From positions 9,176,001-9,240,000 of the forward strand of contig OX442314.1 in assembly GCA_949358305.1 (NCBI GenBank): a stretch of DNA of 64,000 nucleotides, given 5' to 3'. The notes beneath the pieces are model-generated. The model made no database searches. It worked only from the letters and a program-made list of their open reading frames with translations, and was not told the DNA's origin. Within the stretch, counting starts at the first letter, position 1. Each line of letters begins with the position of its first letter. The stretch is from Strigamia acuminata (lineage: Eukaryota). Below, piece by piece: positions 61,434 through 64,000 of this stretch. Both the position numbers and the translations under genes were made by a program.

Positions 61434-63348
61434 TTTTTACGTGAAAAAATACCCCGTTTTGAGTTAATAAACCAGTTTTACGTGCAAAAACCCAGTTTTA
61501 AATTAATTAAGCAGCTTTACGTGCAAAAAAATTCGTTTTAATGCAAGCAAAATGCCATTTTAGCGAAAAAAAGTACATTTTTTAGACCACAAAACTGCAA
61601 ACCTGCCATTTATAAATTAATAAAAACATATATATACACCCTACATAAACAATCAGTGGAATTAACCAATCAGTGACCAAACAATCCCAACCCCAAATCC
61701 ATTATCCCCCATTTCATAACCCCCAAAAATCCATTTTTTCCCATCAAAAACAAAAAAAAATTTCTCCGGAATTTCAATTAGTGTTTCAATAAACACACGC
61801 CACTTGACAACACTAAATCTGCTCCCCGATCCTCCCTTCATCATCCCCATCACAAGAGGATCAAGACAAGAGGCTAAGCAAATAATTGCTGACATGAAAC
61901 CGAGTCACTGAACGCCTGTCTCGCAGCCATGCAAAGTTGTCAACATTCCCCCCCCACACCCCCCCTTCACCACTACCCCTATCCCATCCAAACCCATCCC
62001 CATTAAATCGCGCTCCACACCTGTCCGCCATCATTCTGTCATTACAGACCCCTCTTGTTCACTCCATTAGGGCCTTTGAATCCCACTCCATCTAATTATT
62101 CTTTTAATCCTTTTTTTTCTTGGTTTTAGGCGGCCATTTTTGTGAATAATTAATTTTGGTGCACTTTGTTTGATCTTTTTGCTCGCTCAGGTGTAATTTT
62201 TTAAGTGGATGTTAATTTGAGAGATGGAAGTTGAAATTAATAAGTTTTTAGTTGAGTGTGTTTGAATTTTGAAGGGAATGTGGGTTGAGATGGAAGAAAT
62301 GGTTTTTTGGGTTTGTTGAGTGATGGTTTCCATGTGTTGGTCGTTTTTCTTTTATTTGATACTCTGTCTCTGTCGTCGGTTAATGAGAATTTTTTATTTT
62401 TTATTTTTTTTTTGTTTTTATTTTGTGGGTTTTTATTTAAATCTTTTGGGTGGAATTAGTTTGGGAGTTTTGGACAAGAAAAGCCGACAAATTGGTGAGG
62501 ATTTAGTGGAAAGTGCATTGCAATTTGGGTTGATTAAGCGGAGGATTGAAGTTTTTGTGCATTTTGTTTGTGTTTTTGTATTTTGTGTGTCAAAGTTTTA
62601 AATATTGGGTGTTGAAAGTGTAAGATTACATTTTTGGGTTAAATTACACGATTGGAGGTGTAATGAACGTGAGGTGTAAATATTACAGTTTTATGTGTGT
62701 TGTGTGACCGGAGCGGTAAAAGGAGCCATGGTGTAAATTTACTTCATTATGGTGTAAATGTACTCCATTATGGTGTAAATGGTGTAAATCTATACTGATT
62801 TAAATAAACAGGTGTTGAAAAATAAAAATAATGTTTGAAGAGGAACATTTTAATTTTGATTTATTTAAAACCACCATTTTCTTTTGTTGATGAAATCTTT
62901 TTGAAATTTATTTTTAATTTCTACCCCATACTCGGATTCAAAAGCAGGTCCATCCATTTCATAGGCCGGTATCCGATCCACTGGTCTATTTTTGGCAGAT
63001 AGTAAATACGAGCACAAAGTATCTCTTACATTTTTATTTATTTAATGTCGAAACTCTTTATAACGAATCGCGATATAAAAAATTATCGATGTAACGAATA
63101 CCTAAAAATGGCTGGTTTGGTTGGCTGGTCATAGAAGACCATGTTAAAAAATTCCCTCCTAGAATATAGTGCACTAAAATTATTTTTTGCAAACTTATAT
63201 AAAATTTTATGTAAAATTTTCTGCAAAAATTTTTTTTTTCTCTTTTCTTTTTAGTAGTTAATTTTTGAAAAATTTAATTCACTGATAGATGAAGTGGGGT
63301 GCGGAAGATCGCCTTGTTTAAAAATGGATCGCGATGCTAAAAAGTTTG

Positions 63349-63368
63349 GAAACCATCCTCTGCTACCA
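63349..63368 (+). other. 20-nt copy of the initiator tRNA-Met 3' end including CCA (PBS relic or retroposed tRNA fragment)
   Basis: GAAACCATCCTCTGCTACCA matches the recalled animal tRNA-iMet 3' terminus. No intact cloverleaf upstream. Confidence 0.72.
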
Positions 63369-64000
63369 TTGATGATGCTGTATGTTGCGTGGAAACATGG
63401 TCATCAAAAATCCATCGCTAAACACTTAAACCTCCAATAATTTCCAACAATTCCCAACTTATTGGACACAACTCACAAGCAATGCCAAACCCACACGCAT
63501 GTCCCCCAGTAATATCACATACAAATCTTAATAACCGGTATATACCCCAAACAAAAAAAAATTCATACAAAATCAATAAAAGCCACAACTTGCATAATAA
63601 AAAGCAATCTGTCGGCCAAACCCATTCTCCTGACTCACTTTATTGACCAAAAACAGGTGAAACAAACCCCACATAACCTCCATCTATGCGGGTCATTTTC
63701 AATTCGGACACGGACCACTAATTGCTCCTTATTTTTTACTACCTCAATACACACACCCCTAAATTTCTTTGATTACATTTCAATCCAAATCCACCCACCA
63801 TTTTTTTCTTCTTCTAATTTCCATTAGCAATTCCTCCTAATAAGACTAAAAAGACAAATGGCTTCCTTGATTGTTCCTTCAACTAGACAAAAACAACCTC
63901 CCCCCCATCACTTTTTTTCCTTCTTTTTAACCCTCCCACATCAAGTGTCTCGAGTTTGATCAATTCCCTTGTTTAATGGGTTCCACGACACAAAGCCGGC

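Overview
AT-rich eukaryotic window with spliceosomal GT-AG introns, most likely from an invertebrate animal (the taxon cannot be determined from the sequence). I reconstructed three genes by hand. (1) A minus-strand divergent DYRK/YAK/HIPK-like CMGC kinase with at least 12 phase-consistent exons (ATG at 14128, running off the window's left edge). (2) Head-to-head with it, a plus-strand gene (coding exons 15156-15552, 24873-25096 and probably 46903-47007) for a roughly 241-aa disordered BH3-only protein that combines Bmf-, Bim- and Bad-type regulatory motifs. (3) A two-exon 50-aa secreted CS-alpha/beta defensin or scorpion-KTx-like peptide gene (51223-51436) that is absent from the ORF track. 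The window also holds an intact young Ty1/copia LTR retrotransposon (56823-61433), several non-autonomous DNA transposons (piggyBac-, Kolobok-, hAT- and Tc1/mariner-like) and many minisatellites. Two orphan 18-20 nt perfect matches to the 3' CCA end of initiator tRNA-Met are present, one in the putative 3' UTR of the BH3-only gene. Most other ORFs in the track are repeat artefacts. All homology statements come from remembered family motifs, not database searches.
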